NCBI GenBank assembly: GCA_944391055.1
Contig: CALXSF010000005.1
Location: 28,922-92,921 of the forward strand
Direction of reading: 5' to 3'
DNA from: an uncultured Kiritimatiellota bacterium
Lineage (GTDB): Bacteria; Verrucomicrobiota; Kiritimatiellia; RFP12; DVOR01
Length of the DNA stretch: 64,000 bases
Part shown: piece by piece, positions 38,442 through 46,245 of the stretch
Numbering within the stretch: the first letter of the stretch is position 1
Layout of the letters: every line of letters begins with the position of its first letter
The notes under the pieces: model-generated
Told to the model about the DNA's origin: nothing
What the model saw: only the letters and a program-made list of their open reading frames with translations
Databases searched by the model: none
Translations under genes and position numbers: made by a program

Positions 38442-39431
38442 TCAGGCGCGGCGGCTGACGGCGTCGAGCTCGATCTCGAAGAGGAGGTCGTCGCGGCAGA
38501 CGTCGGCGATGACCTCTTGGGCGAGGTCGGCGGGGAGGCCGTGGTCGGCGAGCCAGCGCTGCCAGAGGGGGCGGTATTCGGGGCGCTTGATGTAGGCGAT
38601 GGCCCGGGAGGTGTCGCGGAGCGTCATCCGCCGGGTGGCGAGGATGGCGGAGACGACGTCCATGGTGAGGGCGATCTGCTTCTCGGGGTCGCCGACGTGG
38701 GCGGTCTCGCCGCCGAAGGCGATGCTGGCGGTGCCGGAGACGAAGACGGTGCGGCCTTCGGGGGTGACGATCTCGGCGGCGCGGCTGAAGCTGCTGCGGT
38801 AGTCGAGGGCGGGGCATTGGAGGGGGGAATCCAGCATCCCGCGGGTGACGGCGGCGCCGGGTTTGGGGCGCATGGCCAGCGCGCCGGCGATGATGGCGCT
38901 GCCGGTGGTGTTGGCGCTGCCGATGCCGGTGCTGGCGGGGACGAACCCGCCGAAGACGCGGCGGCTCTCGAAGAAGGCGTCGCGGACGCGGTTGAAGGGG
39001 TCGTACCACTCCAGGAGTTTGTCGAGGTAGAGCCAGGTGCGGACGACGTCGTGGAAGCCGAAGCCGACGGATTGGAGGGCGGCCTCGATGTTCTCGAAGA
39101 CGGACGCGGCCTGGGCCTCGCGGGGGGCGGAGAGGTCGGTGGGGAGGACGCCGGTGAGGAGGACGTAGTCGGCGTGGGCGTCGGCCCAGCGGGCGCCGAC
39201 GGCGGCGCCGTTGAGGGTGACGGTGTCGACGGCGCCGTTGGAGACGAGCGTGCGCTGGACGACCGCGGGGAGCCCGCCGGTCTGCTCGTTGCAGAGCCAG
39301 ATGGCGGGGACGTCGAGGGTCTGGACGGCGGCGAGGGCCTCCGGGGAGCCCCAGCCGGCGCGGGCGATCTCGACGCCTCGGACGGTGGTCTCAAGCGTGG
39401 GCCAGAGGGCGCCTTTGAGTTGGGTCATCAT
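38442..39431 (-). CDS. Tandem RidA/YjgF-fold protein, possibly chorismatase (FkbO/Hyg5-like) family
   Basis: 329 aa with two RidA-like halves (e.g. FENIEAALQSVGFGFHDVVRTWLYL and GDPEKQIALTMDVVSAILATRRMTLRDTSRAIAYI). Size and duplication fit the chorismatase family. The specific function is inferred from architecture only. Confidence 0.45.
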   Translation of the reverse strand: MMTQLKGALWPTLETTVRGVEIARAGWGSPEALAAVQTLDVPAIWLCNEQTGGLPAVVQRTLVSNGAVDTVTLNGAAVGARWADAHADYVLLTGVLPTDLSAPREAQAASVFENIEAALQSVGFGFHDVVRTWLYLDKLLEWYDPFNRVRDAFFESRRVFGGFVPASTGIGSANTTGSAIIAGALAMRPKPGAAVTRGMLDSPLQCPALDYRSSFSRAAEIVTPEGRTVFVSGTASIAFGGETAHVGDPEKQIALTMDVVSAILATRRMTLRDTSRAIAYIKRPEYRPLWQRWLADHGLPADLAQEVIADVCRDDLLFEIELDAVSRRA

Positions 39432-39446
39432 GGCGTGGGCGTTCCT

Positions 39447-41333
39447 TCAGAGAGAGAGGATGTAGAGCTCGAGGTCGGCGAGCTCCTCTTCGGAGAGGTC
39501 GCTGGTGATGCCGTGCTCGTCGGCGGGGTTGAAGGTGGTGAGGACCTCGCGCATGGTGCGGGCGCGGCCGTCGTAGAGATAGGGGGCGGTGCGCCAGCAT
39601 TCGTTGAGGGTGGGCACGTCGAACTTCTGCCCGAGTTCGTCGCGGGTGCCCAGGCCGAGGTCGTAGAGGGGGGACTTGGCGCCGTCGTTGGGGTCGGCCG
39701 CCGCGGTGAAGTGGAGCTCGGGCTTGTGGCAGCGGGCGCAGTCGGCCTTCTCGAAGACGGCCTTGCCGCGGGCGATGGCCTCGGCGTTCGCGGGGCGGCC
39801 GTAGGGGGAGGGCTGCTGGCGCATGGAGATGACGTAGGCGTCGATGCACTTGGCGTCCTCCTCGGCGGCGTCGTAGAACTGGATGTGGTGGAAGCCGGCG
39901 CGGTTGCAGTGGAACATATCCTTGCGGATGCCGGTGATCATGGTGGGGGGCGTGACGTTGGAGAGGTAGAGGGACTTGGTCTGCTTGGGGTTGCCGATGC
40001 CGTCGTTCATGAGATCCCAGTTGAGGCCGTCGGCGACGCCGTCGGGGTGGCAGGAGGCGCAGGACTGCCATTGCTGGAAGCACTTGGAGCCGTCGTTGAA
40101 GAGCATCTCGCCGCGGAGGACGGGGTCTTGGGCCAGGTCGATGAGCTTGCCGTCGGCGGCGAGGGGCAGGGTGACGGGCTTGATGACGCGCTCCTTGAAG
40201 GGGACGACGGTGAGGGCGTCGGCGAAGTAGGAGACGACGTAGGCGCGGTCGTTGGTGGCGACGATGCCGCGGGGGCCGTCGGCGGAGAGGGGGACGCGGC
40301 GGCGGATGCCGGAGAGGAAGGAGAGGTCGTTGTGGACCTCGGCGGCGGAGGAGACGACCTCCGTGACCTTCTCGCCGCGGGCGGCCTTGTCGAGGCGCTC
40401 GTGGAGCTTGGCGCGGTCGATGACGTTGACCTCGCGGGAGCCGGCGTGGGCGACGAGGATCCAGGCGCCGTCGGGGGTGACGGAGACGCCCCAGGGGTTG
40501 GCGGCGCCGAGGTCGACGTCGTCGAGGAGGACGGTGTTGACGTATTTGCCGGTGACGCCGTCGAAGACGGAGAGGGCGGCGGTGTTCATCCAGCCGCGCT
40601 CAAGCTGGGTGGTGGGGAGCTGGTAGCGGGCCTGGGTGTGGGTGAGGTAGACGAATTTGCCGTCGGGCGAGGCGGTGATGGCGCGCACGCCGGTGGAGCC
40701 GTCGGGGAGATGGATGTTGTCGAGGACCTTGAAGGTGGCCGTGTCGATGACGGTGACCTTGGCGGCGACGTACTTGACGGGCTCGGCGGCGTCGTCGGGG
40801 AGCATGTTGATGACGAAGAGCAGCTTGCCGTCCTTGCCGAGGGCGCAGCCGTTGGCCTCGCGGACGGCGGGGGCGGTGGCCAGTAACTCCAGCGTGGCCG
40901 CGTCGTACTTTTGGACGTTGGCGTCGAAGCGGTTGCAGACGTAGACGTACTTGCCGTCGGGGGAGAGGGTGGGGGTCATGGGGCGGTTGCCGGTGACGAC
41001 GCTCTCGCCGTCCTCGCGGAAGAGGCGGCCCTCGTTGCCGTCGTCGGCGGTGTAGAAGAGCGTTCCGTCGGGGGCGACGGCGACGCCGGTGACGGGGAGG
41101 CTGGTCTTGGTGGTGAAGAGGCCGAGGAAGCCGCCGGTCTCCTTGAAGGCCTCGACGCTCCGCAGCTCCTTCCCTTGGAGGTCGCGGACGGAGACCTTGT
41201 GGGCGCCGCGCTCGCCGATGACAAGGTTGGCGCGGTCGGGCGTCAGGCAAATCGTCTCGGGCAACAAGTAATCGGCGCCCCATGCGGTCGCGACGGCGGC
41301 CAAGAGGCCGGCGAAAATCGTCAAACGCTTCAT
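39447..41333 (-). CDS. Secreted beta-propeller (YVTN-type repeats) fused to a C-terminal di-haem cytochrome c domain
   Basis: Signal peptide (MKRLTIFAGLLAAVATAWGA), GGAGG RBS. Repeated 'SPDGK[FY]VY' propeller blades. Two CxxCH haem-binding motifs (CASCHPDG, CARCHKPE) in the last ~200 aa, laid out like bacterial di-haem peroxidase or MauG. Confidence 0.65.
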   Translation of the reverse strand: MKRLTIFAGLLAAVATAWGADYLLPETICLTPDRANLVIGERGAHKVSVRDLQGKELRSVEAFKETGGFLGLFTTKTSLPVTGVAVAPDGTLFYTADDGNEGRLFREDGESVVTGNRPMTPTLSPDGKYVYVCNRFDANVQKYDAATLELLATAPAVREANGCALGKDGKLLFVINMLPDDAAEPVKYVAAKVTVIDTATFKVLDNIHLPDGSTGVRAITASPDGKFVYLTHTQARYQLPTTQLERGWMNTAALSVFDGVTGKYVNTVLLDDVDLGAANPWGVSVTPDGAWILVAHAGSREVNVIDRAKLHERLDKAARGEKVTEVVSSAAEVHNDLSFLSGIRRRVPLSADGPRGIVATNDRAYVVSYFADALTVVPFKERVIKPVTLPLAADGKLIDLAQDPVLRGEMLFNDGSKCFQQWQSCASCHPDGVADGLNWDLMNDGIGNPKQTKSLYLSNVTPPTMITGIRKDMFHCNRAGFHHIQFYDAAEEDAKCIDAYVISMRQQPSPYGRPANAEAIARGKAVFEKADCARCHKPELHFTAAADPNDGAKSPLYDLGLGTRDELGQKFDVPTLNECWRTAPYLYDGRARTMREVLTTFNPADEHGITSDLSEEELADLELYILSL

Positions 41334-41448
41334 CGTGCGTTCCTCCAAATGCGGTTAACGCCAGTAGTCTAGCACAATCCGCCCGCCGCGCGCCAACCTT
41401 TTGCGCCCCCCTGCGTACGGGAGTGGGCAGGGGCGGGCCGCCGGGCGC

Positions 41449-43053
41449 TCAGCGCGCCCGGGAGGCCGCCTCGCTCGCGAGGGCGGCGAAGGGGCGCTTG
41501 TCGGCGGGGTGGACGTTGGCGGGGTCGCCGAGGCCCGCGCCGAAGGTGTCGAGGAAGACGGCGCCCTCCTCGGCGCAGACCTTGCGCTGGAGCGCGCGGT
41601 AGGGCCCCCAGGGGCGATTGAGGCGGGGCAGGCCCATGACGAGGGGCGGCGTCTTGGGGCTGAGGGCGCGGAGGGTGCGGACGGTCGCACGGAGCGTCTC
41701 TTCCATGTAGGCCTCGTCCAAGGGGGCGTCGGGCTCGCCGCCGATGGCGACGGAGGCGTTGGATTCGCCCTGGTACCAGAGGATGCCCGTGAGCGGCACG
41801 CCGCGGAGGCGGGCGAGGCCGTGCCGCCAGAGCGCGCCGACCTCCCAGCCAGGCCAGGCGCCGTCGCTGCGGCGGCCGTGGGTGACCTTGGCCCAGGTGC
41901 GGGGGTAGTCCTCGTTCTGGCAGAGGGTCTTGCGGTTGGTGAGGATGCGCAGGAGGCGGGGGAGGCGCGGCTTGCCGGCCTCGTCCGCGCCGGCCATGAG
42001 GGGCGCGGGGAGGAAGGCCTCGGTGGGCGCGCCGCCGACGTCGACGAGCAGGATGGCGATGGGCTTGCCGGTGGCCTCGGCGCGGCGGAGGGCGAAGGAG
42101 ACGGCCAGCGCGCTCCATTGCTTGGCGTTGGCGGGGGTGAGGCGGCGCCAGCGGCCGGTGACGAAGTCCCAGAGGCGGATGTCGTGCTTGGCGGTGGCGG
42201 CGGCCTCGGCGTCGGCGCCGGCGCAGCGGGCGAGGGGCCAGTACATGTTGGACTGCCCGGCGCAGAGCCAGGCTTCGCACGTCCCGGCGATGTCGGCGGG
42301 GAGGGCGACGGGCGGGGCGGGCCAGGGCTCGGCCCAGCCGTTGGCGACGCGCGGGCGGTTTTCGCCGCCGGCGGGCTTGGGCGCGTCCGTGGCCTGGGCG
42401 ATGGCCTTGGCGGTGGCTTGGGCGATGGCCTTGGCGGCCTCGGCGTCGGGGTGGATGCCGTCGGGGAAATGGCTGAGGGGGAGCTGGCGCAGGGCCAGCG
42501 CCATGTCGATGGAGGTGGCGCCGGCGCGCGCGGCGACCTCGGCGAGGGGCGCCTCCATGAGGAAGGGCACGGGCGAGCGGTAGAGGCGGTGGCCGGGGGC
42601 GAGCGGCCCGAGGGTGCCCCAGATGAGGAGCTTGGGCTTGGTGGGGAGCGCGGCGTAGTCGGCCAGCAATTTCAGGTAGTCGTCGCGGAAGGCGCCGGGG
42701 CGCTTGGCCTCGGCGGCGGGGAAGGCGTCGGCGTCGTTGATGCCGAGGTTGCAGACGACGATGTCGGGCCGCCAGTCGAGGGCGGCGCGGTGCTCGGGCA
42801 TGTGGCGGAAGCCGCGGGGCTCGGCGCCGCGGCGGGTGTGGAGGTAGACGCCGCGGCCGGGGTTGCCGAAGTTGCGCACCTCGTAACCGGGCCCCAGGAG
42901 CGCCTGGAGCTGGGCGGGGTAGGCCTGCGTGGCGCGGTCGGCCAGGCCGGAGCCGTAGGTGATGGAGTCGCCGACGCAGGCGACGCGGAGCGCGGCCTGC
43001 GCCATGAGCGGGGCGAGGAGGGCGAGGAGGAGGGGGGCGAGGCGTTTTTTCAT
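41449..43053 (-). CDS. Secreted two-domain esterase: SGNH/GDSL hydrolase + sialate O-acetylesterase-like (SASA/DUF303) domain
   Basis: Signal peptide (MKKRLAPLLLALLAPLMAQA). GDSL motif VACVGDSITYG. Second domain with LCAGQSNM and WYQGESN motifs. Start at the second in-frame ATG. Confidence 0.7.
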   Translation of the reverse strand: MKKRLAPLLLALLAPLMAQAALRVACVGDSITYGSGLADRATQAYPAQLQALLGPGYEVRNFGNPGRGVYLHTRRGAEPRGFRHMPEHRAALDWRPDIVVCNLGINDADAFPAAEAKRPGAFRDDYLKLLADYAALPTKPKLLIWGTLGPLAPGHRLYRSPVPFLMEAPLAEVAARAGATSIDMALALRQLPLSHFPDGIHPDAEAAKAIAQATAKAIAQATDAPKPAGGENRPRVANGWAEPWPAPPVALPADIAGTCEAWLCAGQSNMYWPLARCAGADAEAAATAKHDIRLWDFVTGRWRRLTPANAKQWSALAVSFALRRAEATGKPIAILLVDVGGAPTEAFLPAPLMAGADEAGKPRLPRLLRILTNRKTLCQNEDYPRTWAKVTHGRRSDGAWPGWEVGALWRHGLARLRGVPLTGILWYQGESNASVAIGGEPDAPLDEAYMEETLRATVRTLRALSPKTPPLVMGLPRLNRPWGPYRALQRKVCAEEGAVFLDTFGAGLGDPANVHPADKRPFAALASEAASRAR

Positions 43054-43144
43054 GCCCTCAATGATACGCCCGCGCCGCGCCGCGCGCCAGCGCGAAGGCG
43101 GCCTTGGGCGCGGGGTGCGTGGCGCGGGACGCACCCCCGGGCGC

Positions 43145-44968
43145 TCAGACGTCGGTGTTGTCGACGAAGAGGTTCCGGAAGATGTACCGGCGGCGCTCGG
43201 GGGTGTTGGCGCCCATGAGGAAGCGGACGGTGTCCCAGACGCGGGTGTCGTTGTGGACGTTGACGGGCGTGAGGCGGATGCCCTCGCCGATGAAGTCCTT
43301 GAACTCCTTGGCGTTGATCTCGCCGAGGCCCTTGAAGCGGGTGATCTCGGCCTTGGGGCCGCAGGCCTTGATGGCCGCCTCGCGCTCGGCGTCGTCGTAG
43401 CAGTAGAAGGAGCGCTTGGCGTCGCGGACGCGGAAGAGCGGGGTCTCGAGGATGAAGAGCCGCCCGTCCTTGATGATGTGGTCGAAGAAGCGGAGGAAGA
43501 AGGTGATGAGGAGGTTGCGGATGTGCAGGCCGTCGACGTCGGCGTCGGTGGCGAGGATGACCTTGCCGTAGCGGAGGGCGTCGGGGGATTGCTCGATGCC
43601 GAGGGACTTGACGAGGTCGTAGAACTCCTTGTTCTTGTAGATGGCGTCGCGGTTGAGGTCGCAGACGTTCAGCGGCTTGCCGCGGAGCTTGAAGACGGCC
43701 TGGGTCTGCGTGTCGCGGGCGGTGCCGACGGTGCCGCCGGCGGATTTGCCCTCCACGAGGAAGATCATGGTCTCCTCGCCCTTGCCCTTGGCCTTGTCGA
43801 GGTGGCGCTTGCAGTCGATGAGCTCCTCGACGCGGACGGCGGATTGGCGGGCGCGCTCGCGGACGGTCTTCTGGAGGTCCTTGCTGGCGGCGCGGATGCG
43901 GGCGGTCTCGTCGATCTTGTCCAGCAGGCGCTGGGCGTCCTCGGGGTGGCGGTGGAGCTCGTCCTCCACCACCTTCTTGACCTCGGCGACGAGGGCGGCG
44001 CGGATCTCGGGGTTGCCGAGCTTGTTCTTGGTCTGCCCCTCGAAGGCGGGGTCCTTGAGGCGGATGGCGATGGCGGCGACGATGCCGTCGCGCGCCACCT
44101 CGCCTTCGTAGCGCTTCTTGGAGAACTCCTGCACGCCGCGGAGGAAGCCTTCCTTGAAGGCGGTGAGGTGGGTGCCGCCCTCGTTGGTGTACTGGCCGTT
44201 CACGAAGCTGTGGTAGTCCTCGCCCATGTGGTTGGAGTGGGTGAAGGCGATTTCCAGCATCTTCCCGCGGAAGTGGATGGGGCCGTAGAGCTGCTCCCCG
44301 CCGGCCTCGGCGTCGATGAGGTCGAGCAGGCCGCCCTCCGACTGGATGCGCGTGCCGTTGAGCTCGAGCGTGAGCCCCGCGTTCAGGTAGGCGTAGAGCT
44401 TCATGCGGCGGACGACGTGCTCCTCGCGGAAGGCGAACTTGGGGAAGATCTCCGCGTCGGGCAGGAAGGCCATGAAGGTGCCGTTGCGCTCGCGCGTCTC
44501 GCCCTCCCGGCGCTCGGTCAGGCGCCCGCGGGCGAAGGCGGCCTCGACGAAGCGCCCCTCGCGCACGGAGCGCACGGCGAAGCGCTCGGAGAGCGCGTTC
44601 ACCGCCTTGGTCCCCACGCCGTTCATGCCCACGGAGAACTGGAAGACGTCGTCGCTGTACTTCCCGCCCGTGTTCATCTTGCTCACGCAGTCCACCACCT
44701 TCTCCAGCGGGATGCCGCGCCCGTAGTCGCGCACCGCCACCTCCCCCGTCGCGTAATCCACCCGCACGGCGATCCGCTTGCCGAAGCCCATGATGAACTC
44801 GTCCACCGCGTTGTCCAGCACCTCCTTCAGGAGGATGTAGATGCCGTCGTCGTACTGCGTCCCGTCCCCGCGCCGGCCGATGTACATCCCCGTGCGCAGC
44901 CGGATGTGCTCCAGCGGGTCCAGGGTCTTGATGCTGTCTGCGGTGTAGTCCGCCGGGTTCTTTGCCAT
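43145..44968 (-). CDS. Type IIA DNA topoisomerase ATPase subunit B (GyrB/ParE), 607 aa
   Basis: N-terminal GHKL ATPase (LEHIRLRTGMYIG, EVLDNAVDE). Toprim with EGDSAGG-like (LVEGKSAGG) and PLRGK motifs. No gyrA/parC neighbour is visible, so GyrB versus ParE is unresolved. Confidence 0.85.
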   Translation of the reverse strand: MAKNPADYTADSIKTLDPLEHIRLRTGMYIGRRGDGTQYDDGIYILLKEVLDNAVDEFIMGFGKRIAVRVDYATGEVAVRDYGRGIPLEKVVDCVSKMNTGGKYSDDVFQFSVGMNGVGTKAVNALSERFAVRSVREGRFVEAAFARGRLTERREGETRERNGTFMAFLPDAEIFPKFAFREEHVVRRMKLYAYLNAGLTLELNGTRIQSEGGLLDLIDAEAGGEQLYGPIHFRGKMLEIAFTHSNHMGEDYHSFVNGQYTNEGGTHLTAFKEGFLRGVQEFSKKRYEGEVARDGIVAAIAIRLKDPAFEGQTKNKLGNPEIRAALVAEVKKVVEDELHRHPEDAQRLLDKIDETARIRAASKDLQKTVRERARQSAVRVEELIDCKRHLDKAKGKGEETMIFLVEGKSAGGTVGTARDTQTQAVFKLRGKPLNVCDLNRDAIYKNKEFYDLVKSLGIEQSPDALRYGKVILATDADVDGLHIRNLLITFFLRFFDHIIKDGRLFILETPLFRVRDAKRSFYCYDDAEREAAIKACGPKAEITRFKGLGEINAKEFKDFIGEGIRLTPVNVHNDTRVWDTVRFLMGANTPERRRYIFRNLFVDNTDV

Positions 44969-44984
44969 GTCGCTCCTCGAAAAT

Positions 44985-45000
44985 CGCCGCACAGTCTACC
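44985..45000 (-). promoter_or_regulatory. Candidate promoter of the topoisomerase B-subunit gene (extended -10 TGGTAGACT on minus strand)
   Basis: Plus-strand cagtctaccacaac reads gttgtggtagactg on the minus strand, about 20 nt upstream of the ATG. Confidence 0.35.
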
Positions 45001-45062
45001 ACAACGCGCGGCCCCCGCGTAAACGAAAAACGCGCGGGGCCGGGCCCCGCGCGCCTTGGCGC

Positions 45063-45500
45063 TCACGCCCCGCCGGGCCCCGCGCAGGCGGCGCAGCGCC
45101 CCCAGAGCGTGACGTCGGCGGCGTCGGCGCGGCAGCCCTCGGGCAGGCCGACCTGCCGGGGCAGGTCGCCGGGGAGTGGCCCCAGGTCGCGCAGCGCCCC
45201 GCAGCGCGTGCACTTGAAGTGCGCGTGCGGCTCGGCGCGCCCGTCGTAGCGCAGCTCCCCGTCCTCCGTGCGCACCGCGGCCGCCAGCCCGCGCGCCACG
45301 AAGGCGTGGAGCACGTTGTAGACCGTCGTGCGCGACAGGGAGGGGTGGTCGGGGCGCAGCGCCCGGAAGATCTGGTCGATCGTCGGATGGGCGGTGTTGC
45401 CCCGGAGCCACGCGTAGATGGCCACGCGCGGCCCCGAGGGGGTCAGCCCGCACGCGCGCAGACGGCCTCGGATGGCCTCTGGGTCGTCTTCCACGCGCAT
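45063..45500 (-). CDS. Fur-family transcriptional regulator (probably PerR-like peroxide regulator)
   Basis: 145 aa with an HTH (PRVAIYAWLRGNTAHPTIDQIFRAL) and C-terminal HxH / CxxC metal sites (HAHFKCTRCG...CAAC). Immediately downstream of a rubrerythrin in the same orientation. Confidence 0.75.
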   Translation of the reverse strand: MRVEDDPEAIRGRLRACGLTPSGPRVAIYAWLRGNTAHPTIDQIFRALRPDHPSLSRTTVYNVLHAFVARGLAAAVRTEDGELRYDGRAEPHAHFKCTRCGALRDLGPLPGDLPRQVGLPEGCRADAADVTLWGRCAACAGPGGA

Positions 45501-45506
45501 GGCCGC

Positions 45507-46055
45507 TTAGGCGAAGTAGCGCTTGAGCAGGCCCTCGAAGCCGGCGCCGTGGCGGGCCTCGTCCTTGCACATCTCGTGCACGGTGTCGTGGATCGCGTCC
45601 AAGCCCAGCTGCTTGGCCTTCTTGGCCAGCTCGAGTTTGCCGGCGCAGGCGCCCTGCTCGGCGGCGGCGCGCAGCTCCAGGTTCTTCTTGGTGGAGTCGG
45701 TGATCACCTCGCCCAGGAGCTCGGCGAACTTGGAGGCGTGCTCGGCCTCCTCCCACGCGGCCTGCTGGTAGAAGGCGGCCACCTCGGGGTAGCCCTCGCG
45801 GGTGGCCACGCGCGCCATCGCCAGGTACATGCCCACCTCGGTGCACTCGCCGGTGAAGTTCATGCGCAGGCCCTCGACGATCTCGGGGTCGACGTCCTTG
45901 GCCACGCCCACGCGGTGCTCGTCGGCCCACTCCATCTTGCCGGTCTCGGCCTTCTCGATGAACTTGGCGCCGGCGCAGCCGCACTGCGGGCACTTCTCGG
46001 GGGGCGTGTCGCCGACGTGGACGTAACCGCAGATCGGGCAGACGTACTTCTTCAT
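45507..46055 (-). CDS. Reverse rubrerythrin (N-terminal rubredoxin-like CxxC...CxxC + C-terminal di-iron ferritin-like domain)
   Basis: [26 protein letters not shown] is a rubredoxin-type centre. EExH di-iron motifs ([18 protein letters not shown]). AAGGAGAG RBS. An extended -10 promoter (TTGTTATAATCA on the minus strand) lies about 35 nt upstream. Confidence 0.85.
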   Translation of the reverse strand: MKKYVCPICGYVHVGDTPPEKCPQCGCAGAKFIEKAETGKMEWADEHRVGVAKDVDPEIVEGLRMNFTGECTEVGMYLAMARVATREGYPEVAAFYQQAAWEEAEHASKFAELLGEVITDSTKKNLELRAAAEQGACAGKLELAKKAKQLGLDAIHDTVHEMCKDEARHGAGFEGLLKRYFA

Positions 46056-46195
46056 GGGTCTCTCTCCTTGTTGTGGTGTGAAAACTGGAATGATTATAAC
46101 AAACCCGCCCCCGCCGCGCAATCCTCCCGCCGTGCTTGGGGCGTTTTTGCGCGGTCTGGGGGAGGGCGCGGCGTGAGCGCGCGGGAGGGCGAAAG

Positions 46196-46232
46196 AAAGC
46201 CCCCGGCCGGGAAGGCCGGGGGCTTCTTTTTC
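46196..46232. terminator. Rho-independent terminator downstream of glgP
   Basis: agcccccggccgggaaggccgggggcttcttttt: a perfect stem flanked by A- and T-runs. Confidence 0.6.
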
Positions 46233-46245
46233 GCCGGGCGGGCCG

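Noticed and set aside
43145-44968. Calling the type IIA topoisomerase B subunit specifically gyrB
   Set aside because: No gyrA or parC partner is in the window, and the length (607 aa) fits either ParE or a short GyrB. Left as GyrB/ParE-family.
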